A stretch of DNA of 63,601 nt, filler included, from Myxococcota bacterium (GCA_023150835.1; 3 parts of 3 records of this genome joined end to end with filler, not necessarily neighbours in it); one strand, 5' to 3'; shown: positions 10,627 through 21,161, numbered from the whole stretch's first letter. Notes: generated by a model from the sequence alone, not told the origin. Translations and numbers: made by a program.

Positions 10627-11640
10627 TCAAAACTCCATCACAGAACGCGCTGCTTTGAGGACGCGCTTGGCATCGGGAAGATAGGCGAGTTCGGTTTTTG
10701 CGTAGGGCATGGGGGTATCGTAGCCCGTCACGCGACCGATGGGAGCCAGCAGATTCAACATGGCTTCATCGTTGGCGAGGGCGATGATCTCTGCGGCTAC
10801 ACCGCAGGTTCGAGGGCCTTCGTGAACCACGACGCAACGCCCCGTCTTTCGGATGGAGGTCAAGATGGTTTCTTGATCCATCGGCATGATGGTGCGCAAG
10901 TCGATCAACTCGCAGGAGACCCCTTCTTGTTTGAGGGTTTCGGTGGCTTCGAGCGCAGGGCGCATCATGGCTCCATAGGAGATGATCGTCAGATCGGAGC
11001 CTTGTTGGAGGATCTTGGCTTTGCCGATGGGGACGGTGTAAGCCTCGACAGGGATCTCTTCGCGAAAAGCGCGATAGATGCGTTTGGGTTCAAGGAAGAT
11101 CACGGGATCTTCGTCGCGGATCGCGCTGATCAACAGCCCTTTGGCGTCGTAAGGCGTACTGGGGATCACCACTTTGATCGACGGCGAATGTGCAAGCATC
11201 GCTTCGTAGGATTCGCTGTGGTGTTCGGGGGCATGGATCCCACCGCCATAAGGCATACGCACCACCATCGGGAGATTGTGTCTTCCACGAGTGCGCCAAC
11301 GATAACGCGCTGCATGCGCAAGCAACTGGTTGATGGCGGGGTAAATAAATCCCATAAACTGCATCTCGGCGACTGGGCGAAGTCCTCCAAGCGCCATCCC
11401 AATGGAAACGCCCACGATCCCGGATTCTGCGATCGGTGTGTCCATCACGCGCTCGTCACCAAAGCGCTCCCACAGTCCCTCTGTGGCGCGAAAGACACCA
11501 CCGTCTTTGCCGATATCTTCGCCCAACAGGACGACCGATGGATCGCGTTCCATCTCGACAAGCAGGGCATTGGCGACGGCTTGGACGAGAGTGGCGCGCA
11601 TCGTCTTTGTAGCAGAAGTCGTTTGTGCAGCTTGGCTCAT
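10627..11640 (-). CDS. pdhB: 2-oxoacid (pyruvate/branched-chain) dehydrogenase E1 beta
   Basis: GEDIG..GGVFRAT, DTPIAESG, EHHSES; overlaps the pdhA stop by 4 nt. Confidence 0.94.
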   Translation of the reverse strand: MSQAAQTTSATKTMRATLVQAVANALLVEMERDPSVVLLGEDIGKDGGVFRATEGLWERFGDERVMDTPIAESGIVGVSIGMALGGLRPVAEMQFMGFIYPAINQLLAHAARYRWRTRGRHNLPMVVRMPYGGGIHAPEHHSESYEAMLAHSPSIKVVIPSTPYDAKGLLISAIRDEDPVIFLEPKRIYRAFREEIPVEAYTVPIGKAKILQQGSDLTIISYGAMMRPALEATETLKQEGVSCELIDLRTIMPMDQETILTSIRKTGRCVVVHEGPRTCGVAAEIIALANDEAMLNLLAPIGRVTGYDTPMPYAKTELAYLPDAKRVLKAARSVMEF

Positions 11641-12716
11641 GCGAGGTTCTCCTTCATGTCCTGCATCTGTTTACGAAGATGTTGAGGCATCTCGCCGCTA
11701 AAGGCTTGGCGGAAGGTTTCGAGGGGATCGGGTTTGGGGAGGTTTTCACGGTCTTCGACTTCTTTGGCGACTTCTGCGGCGATCTCTTCTTCCCACGTCT
11801 TGATCTGTTCGTCTGTGAGCTTCTTTTTGCTGCGCAGATAGGCATCGAGGCGTGCGATCGGATCGCGTGGCTTCCATGCTTCAACTTCGGCTGGATCGCG
11901 GTACTTCGTCGCATCATCGGCGGTGGTGTGGTCTTGCATACGGAAGGTGACGGCTTCCAACAGATACGGACCTTTGCCCGAACGAGCGTGATCTAGCGCT
12001 TCTTTGGTGGCTTGATAAGCCGCCATCACGTCGTTGCCATCGAATTGAAGTCCGGGGATCCCGTAGGCGATGCTCTTTTGAGCAAGCGTCGGAGAAGCCG
12101 TCTGCTTGTGGCGCGGTACGCTGATCGCCCACTGGTTGTTTTGGACGATGATTACAACAGGCGCACGAAAGGCCCCCGCAAAGTTGCAACCCTCGTGGAA
12201 GTCGCCTTCCGAAGTTCCGCCATCTCCAATAAATCCCAATACCGCACGATCTTCTTTGCGCTTGGCAAACGCCATCGCCATCCCCACCGCATGAAGGGTC
12301 TGTGATCCGACGGGAACGCAGATCGGTAGGCTGTTGACGCCTTCTGGGAAGACACAACCCCGCTCGTCACCGTTCCAATAGGTGATGATCTTCGACCCGG
12401 GAACGCCCCGCGCCATCATGATCCCTTGCTCGCGAAACGACGGAACCAGCCAGTCTTGCTTTTCCATCGCATAAGCTGCGCCGATCTGCGTGGCTTCTTG
12501 GCCGATCAAACTTGCGTACGTCCCCAAGCGACCTGTTCGCTGCAGGGCCAGTGCTTTTTCATCAAAGCGCCGAAAAAACAACATCCAACGGTACATCTCC
12601 AGCAGTCGATCGTCGTCGAGTCCTGCGGGTACGCCGATCGACTTATCGACTTTGCCCTTCTCGTCGAGGATCTGGAGATGTTCGATCTTCGCTTCAAAGG
12701 CTACTTTTCGAGGCAT
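11637..12716 (-). CDS. pdhA: 2-oxoacid (pyruvate/branched-chain) dehydrogenase E1 alpha
   Basis: GQEA, GDGGTSEGDF...NNQWAIS ThDP motif, HTTADD; AGGAG RBS. Confidence 0.94.
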   Translation of the reverse strand: MPRKVAFEAKIEHLQILDEKGKVDKSIGVPAGLDDDRLLEMYRWMLFFRRFDEKALALQRTGRLGTYASLIGQEATQIGAAYAMEKQDWLVPSFREQGIMMARGVPGSKIITYWNGDERGCVFPEGVNSLPICVPVGSQTLHAVGMAMAFAKRKEDRAVLGFIGDGGTSEGDFHEGCNFAGAFRAPVVIIVQNNQWAISVPRHKQTASPTLAQKSIAYGIPGLQFDGNDVMAAYQATKEALDHARSGKGPYLLEAVTFRMQDHTTADDATKYRDPAEVEAWKPRDPIARLDAYLRSKKKLTDEQIKTWEEEIAAEVAKEVEDRENLPKPDPLETFRQAFSGEMPQHLRKQMQDMKENLA

Positions 12717-13202
12717 GCGCTTCTCCTGATGATATCCTTTATTTTATTTCGTGAGACTTTGTAGGCACTTGGAATGTGGTAATTACGTACCCCTTGGATC
12801 GGGGCCGCAGAAAATCGGTGATGCCGATGGGGCCTTGTATCGTGCTTTTTCGCACGCCTCTAGGCACCCAAGCACCGATCCCCTCCAGCCGATCTGCTGC
12901 CCGTGTCTTTCCAGACAACCGATGGGGTAGACGTGCTGAAGAGCGCGGACTCTCCGAGAGAAAGAAGTGCCGTCAGGCGGTCTGTTTGCCGCAAAGTCGC
13001 GCAAGTCTTAACATGACACCCCCGCCTTGTAAAGCCTTTTCGCCTGACCTTCCCCGTATATTGAACAACAGTTCAACAAGTCTCTTGGACTTCCTTTCGT
13101 GTAACGCGGTGGGTTGGGTGGAAGCCATGTTTTTACGGAACTCCGGCGCGGTGGGACTTATACGATATCCGAGTGAAGTGTTCCTACGGAACTCCTATGC
13201 GA

Positions 13203-13886
13203 TCAAAAATGCCCGACAAAAGCGAATCCGAGGTTGGTTCCTTCGGTTGCAGAAGCCGAGAAGGTCGGAACGATGGTGAAGGGCATCACTTCGGCGAGGC
13301 GACTCGGTTGTTTCAACCCAGCCACGAGGTTGACGATGCTCCACGCCAAAGCACCCAGCCCCAAGAGAGTCAACCCGATGTGTCCAAGCCACCCGATCTC
13401 CGAGATGTTGCCTGTGTCCAGAACAAACCACATCGTGCCCCAAGCCAGCGCGATCGTCGAAGCGACAATTCCGATGATGCCCCAGACTCTTTTGTGCAAG
13501 AGGTTCTTGCCGATCGAGACGATCAATTGTGCGAGCATCACGCCCAGATGAACGGGCATGGTTGTGAACAGCGATACAAACAGCCCAAGATTCGTGAACG
13601 GCAGCTTTGAGTTCAGGTGTATTGTGTCGAGAAGCTCGTGGGAGTGGGCATCGTTGGGCGTGGAGGGGGTCGGAAACCAAGCGCGTTGGAAGCGAGTGTG
13701 GAGTTCGGCAGGTTTGGAAAGACGCGCAAGCAAGGGGCGTTCAAGCCAAGCGGGTTGAGTGGCCGAAGTGCGCGGAGTGTCGGCTTGCGCGGGAGTCGCC
13801 CAAAGCAGTGCAACGCTCCAACACAACACCACCCACAACAAACGGACAGGCACCGACAAACCAAGAACAGAGATCGGTTTCCGCAT
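13203..13886 (-). CDS. Hypothetical exported/membrane protein
   Basis: Signal peptide ending AQA, three hydrophobic segments, C-terminal Phe; closely follows the crotonase gene. Confidence 0.7.
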   Translation of the reverse strand: MRKPISVLGLSVPVRLLWVVLCWSVALLWATPAQADTPRTSATQPAWLERPLLARLSKPAELHTRFQRAWFPTPSTPNDAHSHELLDTIHLNSKLPFTNLGLFVSLFTTMPVHLGVMLAQLIVSIGKNLLHKRVWGIIGIVASTIALAWGTMWFVLDTGNISEIGWLGHIGLTLLGLGALAWSIVNLVAGLKQPSRLAEVMPFTIVPTFSASATEGTNLGFAFVGHF

Positions 13887-13919
13887 GAAAACTCCTGTGG
13901 CAAAGGGCGCGCTTTTACG

Positions 13920-14726
13920 CTACATACCCTTGTAATCGCCTTTGCGCTTTTCAAAGAAAGCGGCGAGAGCTTCGGTGAAGTCTTGGGAAGCGATGGTTTG
14001 GGCGAAGTGTAAGGCGTCGTCTTCGGTATCGAGGTTATCTTCTTTGGTGATCTCGCGGAAGACCGATTTGATGGTGCGCATCGCCATCGGTGGTTTGCTT
14101 GCGAGAGCGAGGGCCAAGCGTTCGGCTTGTTCGTCTTCTTGCCCTTCGCCGACTTGATAAAACGCCCGATCGGGTAGAGAGCCGATCTGGACTTTTTCGC
14201 CGACCATCGCCAAGCGACGCGCCCAAGGTAGCCCAAACTCCCGCACCACCCGAGGCAAGATGCCCCATCCAAGATGAAGGCCACGATCGATCTCGGGAAA
14301 GCTCAAGCGAGCGCTTGGATGGGCCACGCGAAAATCCGACGCTGTGATCAGACACGCCCCACCACCGATCGCATGCCCTCGCAAGGCCGCCACCGTCGGC
14401 ATCGGCAAACTGATCCATCCCTCGATCACTTGTTGCCCAAGCTTTGCAAAGCGCATCCGTTCTGTCCGTCCCTCCGTCATCAACGCTACTAATTCTTCAT
14501 CGTTAAGATCGACGCCTTGGCAAAAGTCTTCTCCTGTGGACCACAACAACACAGCACGCACCCACTCGTCTTGCGCGAGTGCATGGACGATATCATTCAA
14601 TCGTTCAAGTGCTGCGATATTCAAACGATTGCCGGGGGGCCGATCCAGCCGCAGCTTGACCACATGCTCCGCGCTCTCTACCCGCCAACCCGCACCCGAA
14701 TAACTCTCCCATTCATCCGCTCTCAT
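13920..14726 (-). CDS. Enoyl-CoA hydratase/isomerase (crotonase) family protein
   Basis: LDRPPGN, FCQGVDL oxyanion motif, AIGGG..DFR, FPE, AFFEKRK; AGGAG RBS. Confidence 0.92.
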   Translation of the reverse strand: MRADEWESYSGAGWRVESAEHVVKLRLDRPPGNRLNIAALERLNDIVHALAQDEWVRAVLLWSTGEDFCQGVDLNDEELVALMTEGRTERMRFAKLGQQVIEGWISLPMPTVAALRGHAIGGGACLITASDFRVAHPSARLSFPEIDRGLHLGWGILPRVVREFGLPWARRLAMVGEKVQIGSLPDRAFYQVGEGQEDEQAERLALALASKPPMAMRTIKSVFREITKEDNLDTEDDALHFAQTIASQDFTEALAAFFEKRKGDYKGM

Positions 14727-14850
14727 CGGCTCTCTCTCCTTTGTTTTGGATTCTCCAAGCTACAATACTTGCTCGTCTTTGCGCAACTGCTCCTTTGGAT
14801 GGTACGATATCCGAGCGAATTGTGATCGCGATGCCAACGCGATCCGCTGT

Positions 14851-15002
14851 AATTGCCCTGTTTTTGGGCAGCCACAGGGGGCTGCCCCTACGTTTTACGA
14901 CGATACGATGGGCGGATCTTGTATGAAATTGCCCTGTTTTTGGGCAGCCACAGGGGGCTGCCCCTACGTTTTACGACGATACGATGGGCGGATCTTGTAT
15001 GA
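14851..15002. repeat. GTAG-type REP module, two 76-bp tandem copies
   Basis: GGGCAGCC-ACAGG-GGGCTGCCC-CTAC hairpin with CTAC foot, repeated with period 76. Confidence 0.85.
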
Positions 15003-15327
15003 GTGTCGCTTGTTGGATCGGTTTGGTGGGGCGCGGCTCCCCACCTCGCGTGATCCTGATCTGTGATCTCGGTGTGCATAAAATTATGCGAAATAAGCGA
15101 CGACCTATACAGCCCGATGCACCGTTGATTTCGCCGTTCGTGGTGTGAAATCGAGAGATCTTGATCAGATATCCGTCTTGACATTTTCTTTTGTTTCACT
15201 ATATCCCCCGCCCATCTTCCTTTTGATCAACAGCGAATGCTTGTGTTTGGCTTGTTGTGTTTGGACTCCAGCGTAGCAGAGAGTGGCGCGTATGGGGTGT
15301 TTCTTTGGCCTTTGGAGGGGCTTTACG

Positions 15328-16548
15328 ATGAAAAGATTCCGCGTGTTGTTGTGGGCGATGTTGTTGTCTTCTGTGAGCGTCGTGGCTTGCGGAGAAGAAT
15401 CGTTGGAGCGCCAAGCTGCGCCGTTGGCGATGACTTCGGTTCCTTCTTGGCTGCGTTATTTCCCGAATGATTGGGCTTGCGATCAGACGATGAAAGGCCG
15501 ATTTGTGGGAATCGATAGCGCGCATATGTACCGTTTCCCCGGAAAACTCGGCTATCGCTATACGTTTCATTTCAAAGCGACGTACCATCCGTCCAACGGC
15601 GCAGCGATCGCGATCTATACGCTCGACAACGGCGCACGCGTCGCTTACACCCGCGCTTCTTACAAAAACGAAGTGAGCGTCACCTACCAAGCCACCCGCA
15701 ATGTCGCTTATCTCGTGGCTGTGTATAGCTTGTGGCCTCGCACAACGGGAACGTACTCCTTGCACGCTGCTTGCGTCCGTACCCAATACTGCCTCGAATA
15801 CGAAACCGCAGACGAACAAGGCCAATCCTACCGCAATCTCTACGCGATCAACGTCTCTTCCGAAGCCGAAGCAAAACAACATCTCGCAAACGTCGGACCC
15901 ATCGTCACTTCCACCGTTCGCGAAGGCTCTTGCGCAAGCCAAAGCACCGCTTGCCCCTATTACTACGCCCCGATCTGCGCTGACACACCCGCTCCCCAAG
16001 GAACGCACAGCAACGTCTGCGCATTGCGCGCCCACATCCGCCAACAAGCCGGTGAAACCGGCCAATGGAAAGGTCATTGGGAAAAAGGTGTATGCAATCC
16101 AGAAGGTCAATTCTGCGGTGGTATCGCTGGTTTGCCTTGCCCCGAAGGTTACCAATGCGTTCTCGATGGCACCTATCCCGATGCTGGCGGAAAATGCAAA
16201 AAGACCGCTGTGTGCGATCCAACCAAGCCCGGTTATGATCCCTCCCAATGCCCCGTCGCTTGCAAACACGATTGTGATTGCGTTCGCATCGGTCGCGTTT
16301 GTCACGAAGGCTTCTGTGCTCCCCTTCGCCGCGCCAACTTCTGCACGTCTTGCACCGACGTCAACTGCAAAAAAGGTGAACCCTGTCTCCAACCCAACGA
16401 TGCCATCGGCATCTGCACTTGCACCGTTTCGGGTTGCCCCCAAGGTCAACTCTGCTGCACAGGCGGCGCTCGTCCCGCTCCCGGCATCGATCCTTATGCT
16501 TGTATGCCGATCGATCCTGCCACCAACTCTTGCCCTCTCCTTCCGTAA
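15328..16548 (+). CDS. Cys-rich lipoprotein (PPC-like N-terminal domain, Kazal-like and CGGIAG modules)
   Basis: GGAGG RBS, lipobox VVAC, CPYYYAPIC..HSNVC, FCGGIAGLPCPEGYQC. Confidence 0.85.
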   Translation: MKRFRVLLWAMLLSSVSVVACGEESLERQAAPLAMTSVPSWLRYFPNDWACDQTMKGRFVGIDSAHMYRFPGKLGYRYTFHFKATYHPSNGAAIAIYTLDNGARVAYTRASYKNEVSVTYQATRNVAYLVAVYSLWPRTTGTYSLHAACVRTQYCLEYETADEQGQSYRNLYAINVSSEAEAKQHLANVGPIVTSTVREGSCASQSTACPYYYAPICADTPAPQGTHSNVCALRAHIRQQAGETGQWKGHWEKGVCNPEGQFCGGIAGLPCPEGYQCVLDGTYPDAGGKCKKTAVCDPTKPGYDPSQCPVACKHDCDCVRIGRVCHEGFCAPLRRANFCTSCTDVNCKKGEPCLQPNDAIGICTCTVSGCPQGQLCCTGGARPAPGIDPYACMPIDPATNSCPLLP

Positions 16549-16741
16549 TCTTCCTTCCCTCTCCCTGCGACGCTCGCAAAGCCTCGCTGCTGCCGCGAGG
16601 GGGAGGAAGGCAGAAAGTCTGAGCGCACAGAGATACCCCGCCGCCGTACTTTCCGTGGACTCTTCTTTTCGATATCCTCTGCGTGATGCCCGCGTTTTGT
16701 ACCCATGTAAGAGGGGGCCAGATGTGGCTTAACAAGGCGCG

Positions 16742-16800
16742 TATGGGGGCTGCCCCTACATCTTTACGATCACACAACGGGCGGATCTCGTATCGTATGA
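16742..16800. repeat. Partial GTAG-type REP module
   Basis: GGGGGCTGCCCCTAC followed by ACGATCACACAACGGGCGGATCTCGTAT, shared with the 26703 and 63350 arrays. Confidence 0.75.
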
Positions 16801-16848
16801 TAAAAGACCTGCAAACACGGGGCTTTTTGTTCGCAAGCGGCTCCTTCT

Positions 16849-19029
16849 TCAAGAGAGGCCGAATTCTTTGCCTTGTTTGGCGCGCATGATGCGGGCGTAA
16901 AGTGGGGGGGCGATGCGGGAGAGCAGGTAAGACATCTTGGAGAGGGTGGAGGGAAGAAGCAGATCTTGTCGTTGTTCGATGGCAACGGCGATGGCGTCGG
17001 CGAGTTGCTCTGGGGAAGCGATCTGGCCGATGGTTTCGCGGATCTTGCTTTGTGTGCGTTGGCCGTTTCCTGAGAGAGCGTTTTGTTCGATGGCGGTTTG
17101 GGTGAAGGAGGGGCAGACCAACAGGACGTGGACGCCTGCGTCTTCGAGTTCAGCGCGCAAAGAGTCGAAGAATCCGTGGAGTGCGTGTTTGCTTGCGGCG
17201 TACCCTGTGCGTCCGATAAGGGGAGCAAAGCCCGCGACACTCGATATCGTTGCGATGGTGCCTTTGCGGGCCTTGAGGCTTGGGAGTGCGCATTGTGTGC
17301 AATGAACGGCCCCAAAGAAGTTGACATCCATTACGCGGTGAAGGACTTCGGCGCGTGTTTCGGAAAGCAGGCTGCGGTGGGTGATCCCCGCGTTGTTGAT
17401 CAGGATATCGATGGCCCCCCAATGCCCAAAGATCGCGTCGAAGGTGCGTTGACAAGCCGACAGATCGCGGATGTCGCAAACATACGTGAGTACTTCGCTG
17501 CCTTGTTCTGCGACCCTCCGACTTGTTTCGATCAAGCCCGTCTCCTCGACATCAAGCAGCGCAAGGCGGTGGTTCGGTTGCCCAAAGCGCAAGGCGAGAG
17601 CTCGCCCGATCCCTCCCGCTGCACCCGTGATCACGACGACTTTTGAAACCGAAACAGCGGAGGATGCGTGTTGTTTCGACGAAGAGGTCGATGCAGCGGA
17701 GGATGCGTGTTGTTTCGACGAAGAGGTCGATGCAGCGGAGGATGCGTGTTGTTTCGACGAAGAGGTCGATGCAGCGGAGGATGCGTGTTGTTTCGACGAA
17801 GAGGCCGATGCAGCGGGAAGAGGGGGAGATGTTCCCTGTTTGCTTTGGAGGTAGAGGAAGAAGACTTCGCGGGATGTTTTTTGGGGGGTATAGCCGAGAT
17901 CGCGTTTGAGCCGTTCGTTCGAGAGGACAGGGCGGTGTTTGAGGAACAAGATCTGTTCGGGTCCGTACTGCGTCAGATTCCATCGCTTGAGGTGAGTGAG
18001 CGATTGTTCGAGTAGAGCGGGAGGGAGCGCGACATAGGGTTTTCCAAGAAGTTTTGCGATCTCGCGCAGAGTGAGGATGCCGTCACCGATTAGATTGTAG
18101 ATGCCTGTTTTCGGGGTATGGATGCCGATCAGGAGGGCCTGCACGACGTCTTGATCCCAGACAAATTGGAAGGGGACGGTGGAGCCTCTGAGACCTGTGA
18201 TGATCGGCTTTTCAAAGATATCGGTGATTTGATTGGAAACGGACGCGCCAAGGATGGTTCCGGGGCGCAAGATAAGCTGTTGAAGTTGAGGGGATTGTGC
18301 GCGCACTTGCGCGAGATACTCTTCCACAAGCCGCTTGTGATCCGAATAGGCGAAGACCTGATTTCCACGCAGAGGGCAATCCTCGGTGAGTAGGGGAGGA
18401 TTGTCGGGGTGATAGCCATAAGCCGCACCGCTGCTTGTGACGATCAGTTTTTTTCCTTGGTGGGCAAGGAAAGCGCGAACGACATTTTTTGTGCCTTCGA
18501 CATCTACCGCGTATTGAAAGGCCCGATCCATGCCCTTGGGCGGAGTCACGATCGAAGCGAGGTGGACGAGCGTATCGATCTTGTATCGCGCAAACACACC
18601 CGCGATCGAAGGATCACGGATATCTTGTTGAAGATAGGTGATGCCGTCGATGCGTTCGGACTGATCAGGGATTCGGATATCCATCGCAACGATGGTGTGG
18701 AATCCCCTCGGCTCCTGCGCCAACGCACGCAAGAGCAAACGACCGATGTATCCGCCCGCACCTGTAATCAATAACGCACTCCGCTGCTCGGTTCTTTGCG
18801 GATCGCAAAACTCCATTAGGCCGTCTGTTGTGGACTGTTCTTGTCTTCTTTGCGTGCTTTGCGTGCTTTGCGTGCTTTGCGTGCTTTGCGTGCTTTGCGT
18901 GCTTTGCGTGCTTTCCGTGTTTTCCGTGTTTAGCGAAGGGCGGGACTCCATTAGGCCGTCTGCTGTGGACTGTTCTTGTCTTCTTTCCGTGTTTTCCGTG
19001 TTTTCCGTGGACAGGTTTGGGTTGGTCAT
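16849..19029 (-). CDS. Fusion of an extended SDR (NAD-dependent epimerase/dehydratase) and a classical SDR oxidoreductase
   Basis: TGAGGYIG and YSDHK in the N-domain; TGAAGGIG, NNAG, YAASK in the C-domain; joined by a repeat-encoded linker. Confidence 0.88.
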   Translation of the reverse strand: MTNPNLSTENTENTERRQEQSTADGLMESRPSLNTENTESTQSTQSTQSTQSTQSTQSTQRRQEQSTTDGLMEFCDPQRTEQRSALLITGAGGYIGRLLLRALAQEPRGFHTIVAMDIRIPDQSERIDGITYLQQDIRDPSIAGVFARYKIDTLVHLASIVTPPKGMDRAFQYAVDVEGTKNVVRAFLAHQGKKLIVTSSGAAYGYHPDNPPLLTEDCPLRGNQVFAYSDHKRLVEEYLAQVRAQSPQLQQLILRPGTILGASVSNQITDIFEKPIITGLRGSTVPFQFVWDQDVVQALLIGIHTPKTGIYNLIGDGILTLREIAKLLGKPYVALPPALLEQSLTHLKRWNLTQYGPEQILFLKHRPVLSNERLKRDLGYTPQKTSREVFFLYLQSKQGTSPPLPAASASSSKQHASSAASTSSSKQHASSAASTSSSKQHASSAASTSSSKQHASSAVSVSKVVVITGAAGGIGRALALRFGQPNHRLALLDVEETGLIETSRRVAEQGSEVLTYVCDIRDLSACQRTFDAIFGHWGAIDILINNAGITHRSLLSETRAEVLHRVMDVNFFGAVHCTQCALPSLKARKGTIATISSVAGFAPLIGRTGYAASKHALHGFFDSLRAELEDAGVHVLLVCPSFTQTAIEQNALSGNGQRTQSKIRETIGQIASPEQLADAIAVAIEQRQDLLLPSTLSKMSYLLSRIAPPLYARIMRAKQGKEFGLS
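17655..17817. repeat. Intragenic 39-bp tandem repeat, 4 copies, encoding the linker (ASSAASTSSSKQH)n
   Basis: Unit CAGCGGAGGATGCGTGTTGTTTCGACGAAGAGGTCGATG. Confidence 0.93.
18848..18915. repeat. Intragenic 9-bp repeat (TTTGCGTGC)x7 encoding (STQ)n
   Basis: Directly visible, within a duplicated N-terminal segment. Confidence 0.92.
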
Positions 19030-19087
19030 TATCGTTTCTCTCGGGTGTTGGGGGGGGGAGGAAGTTTTCCGAAAGAGCGGGGGGGGA

Positions 19088-20848
19088 TTAGCCAGCGGGT
19101 TCTTGGTGCATATCCTTGAAGGTTTTGAGATTGGGAGCCCACATATGTTTGGTGGGGTCGACGTCGACGTGGATCACGGAGCAACGGCCCGAAGATTGTG
19201 CGCGTTCGAGGGCTTCGCGCAGACCGAATGGATCGGCGACTCGTTCACCATAAGCGCCCATTGCGCGGGCGAGTTGGTCAAATTCGATCTCATGCAGATC
19301 GGTGTTGATGGTTTCTTCGGGGCTGAGGGATTTCATCAGCAAGGTTTTGAGGGGTTTGAGGGCGAATTGTTGGTTGATCTTGACCATGCCCCACTGTTTG
19401 TCGCAGAGGACGAGGTAGATAATGGGGAGATGATTTCGGACAGCGGTTTCGATCTCTTGCATGTGAAAGCCCATCGCACCGTCACCGATGATGCAATAGA
19501 CTTGGCGTTGGGGGTAGGCGATTTGCGCGCCGATGGCTTGGGAGACACCCGCACCGAGCATGCCCATTTTGGGGGTTCCGACGAGGGCGTTGGGTGTGCG
19601 GACTTGGTGGAAAAAGTGCGCCCAGATCGAGGTATTTCCGCCGTCGATCACGATAATCGCGTCATCATCAAAGAAGTCTCGGCAAGCGACGGGTACATGG
19701 GCGGGGTGCATGGGGATGGCGTGATCTTGGAGCATCTTGTCGAGTTCTTGTCGGCGCTTTTGCGTGTTTTGGAGGATGCTTTGTCGGGCTTGTTGGCGGT
19801 GGGAAGGGATGGCGGGATGGAGGCGTTCGAGTTCCTTGTTGAGGGCTTGGAGGAAAGTCTTGCAATCGGCTTGGATGGCGAGGTCGATGGGGCGGATATT
19901 TCCGAGGATCTCGGGATCGATATCAACTTGGATCATCTTTTGTTCGTTGGGTTTGGCCCAATAGGGGGCTTTGCCCCACCAATCGGTTTCACCGAGTCGG
20001 GAGCCTAGAACAAGCACGATGTCGGCCTTGTTTCGGGCTTCTGCGACGGCGTCCACATAGTGCATATGGGCGAGGCCCTCGGTGCGTTCGTCCAAAGCGG
20101 CGCGTGCAGCCCAACTGGTGGTGATCGTGGCTTGGAGTAGGCGTGCGGTTTCTTGAAGTTCGGCGAAGGCTTGGGCATGGATTACGCCTGAACCAACGTG
20201 GAGAAGGGGCTGTTTGGCATCCATGAGCATACGGCAAGCTGCGTGGATTTGGGTGGTGGTGGGGGCCAAGGGTTCAAGGACGCGGTAGCTGCTTGGGGAG
20301 CGAAACCATGTCGGATCGAGATCGTAGGTGGTATTCATGATATCTTCGGGGACATCGAGGTGTACGACGCCCGGGCGTCCTGTAAAACTGATCCGCAGCG
20401 CACGTCGCATCAGCTCTGCCACGCGGTCGATCGAGGGGACTGCGCAGCTCCATTTGGTCATGGGGCGGGTGACATCGACTTGGGGGAAGTATTGGTAAGT
20501 GCCGCCGCGTTCGGGATAGCTGATCCCTGTGCGGCGGGAACTTGTGATCAACAAAACGCGGTGGCCTTCGGCCTGTTCGACGGCGACGCCGGGGAGGATA
20601 TTGGCGACTCCGGGTCCGTTGCTTGCCATACACACGCCCAAACCTCCCGTGAGTCGGGCATAAGCGCCAGCCATGTGCGCTGCGCAAGTTTCATGGCGTG
20701 GGGAGATCAAAGCGATCCCGTTTTCTTCGAGCGTAGAGTAAAAGCCAAAATAAGTTCCATCGATGATGCCGAATACGTGCTTGACGCCTTCTGCGGCCAA
20801 CATCCGAGAGAGGATCTCACCGCCTTTGATCTTGTTTGGTTTTGCCAT
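19088..20848 (-). CDS. Thiamine-diphosphate-dependent enzyme (acetolactate synthase / 2-hydroxyacyl-CoA lyase-like family)
   Basis: RHE catalytic Glu, GPGVAN, GRPGVVHLDVPED, GDGAMGF...E ThDP motif; start set at MAKPNK. Confidence 0.9.
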   Translation of the reverse strand: MAKPNKIKGGEILSRMLAAEGVKHVFGIIDGTYFGFYSTLEENGIALISPRHETCAAHMAGAYARLTGGLGVCMASNGPGVANILPGVAVEQAEGHRVLLITSSRRTGISYPERGGTYQYFPQVDVTRPMTKWSCAVPSIDRVAELMRRALRISFTGRPGVVHLDVPEDIMNTTYDLDPTWFRSPSSYRVLEPLAPTTTQIHAACRMLMDAKQPLLHVGSGVIHAQAFAELQETARLLQATITTSWAARAALDERTEGLAHMHYVDAVAEARNKADIVLVLGSRLGETDWWGKAPYWAKPNEQKMIQVDIDPEILGNIRPIDLAIQADCKTFLQALNKELERLHPAIPSHRQQARQSILQNTQKRRQELDKMLQDHAIPMHPAHVPVACRDFFDDDAIIVIDGGNTSIWAHFFHQVRTPNALVGTPKMGMLGAGVSQAIGAQIAYPQRQVYCIIGDGAMGFHMQEIETAVRNHLPIIYLVLCDKQWGMVKINQQFALKPLKTLLMKSLSPEETINTDLHEIEFDQLARAMGAYGERVADPFGLREALERAQSSGRCSVIHVDVDPTKHMWAPNLKTFKDMHQEPAG

Positions 20849-21088
20849 CTGTTGTTCTTTCTTTTGCAGGGTGCGCCCCTGTTGAGTGGAGGTCGTTGGA
20901 GCAGTGTGTACCGAGGAGCATCTTCGGAAACGCTGCTTCTTTCGCGCAGTTTCAGGTCGTCGGATCATATACCGAGGGGCATGTGCGATGAGAGCCGATG
21001 TTCTCGGCAAGACGGGCGAGATAGAGATATCTGAGAAATCAGCAAACGTCACCAAGAGAGACGTGGGGATCTTCTTGGAAATATCGCC

Positions 21089-21118
21089 AAGATAGCAGCC
21101 TTTCCAAAAAAGGGTCAA
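21089..21118 (-). promoter_or_regulatory. Putative sigma70 promoter for the ThDP/SDR operon
   Basis: Minus strand TTGACC-N18-TATCTT with TGn extended -10. Confidence 0.5.
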
Positions 21119-21161
21119 GGCATTTTTCTCGACAAAAGCGCAGCGGGCGCAGAGAAGAGGC

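Noticed and set aside
7764-11685. Long plus-strand ORFs (964 aa and 426 aa)
   Set aside because: Antisense shadows of lpdA, pdhC and pdhB; no motifs
15178-15205. Sigma70 promoter for the Cys-rich lipoprotein
   Set aside because: TTGACA is perfect but the best -10 (TATATC at 16 bp) lacks the conserved final T; too weak to call
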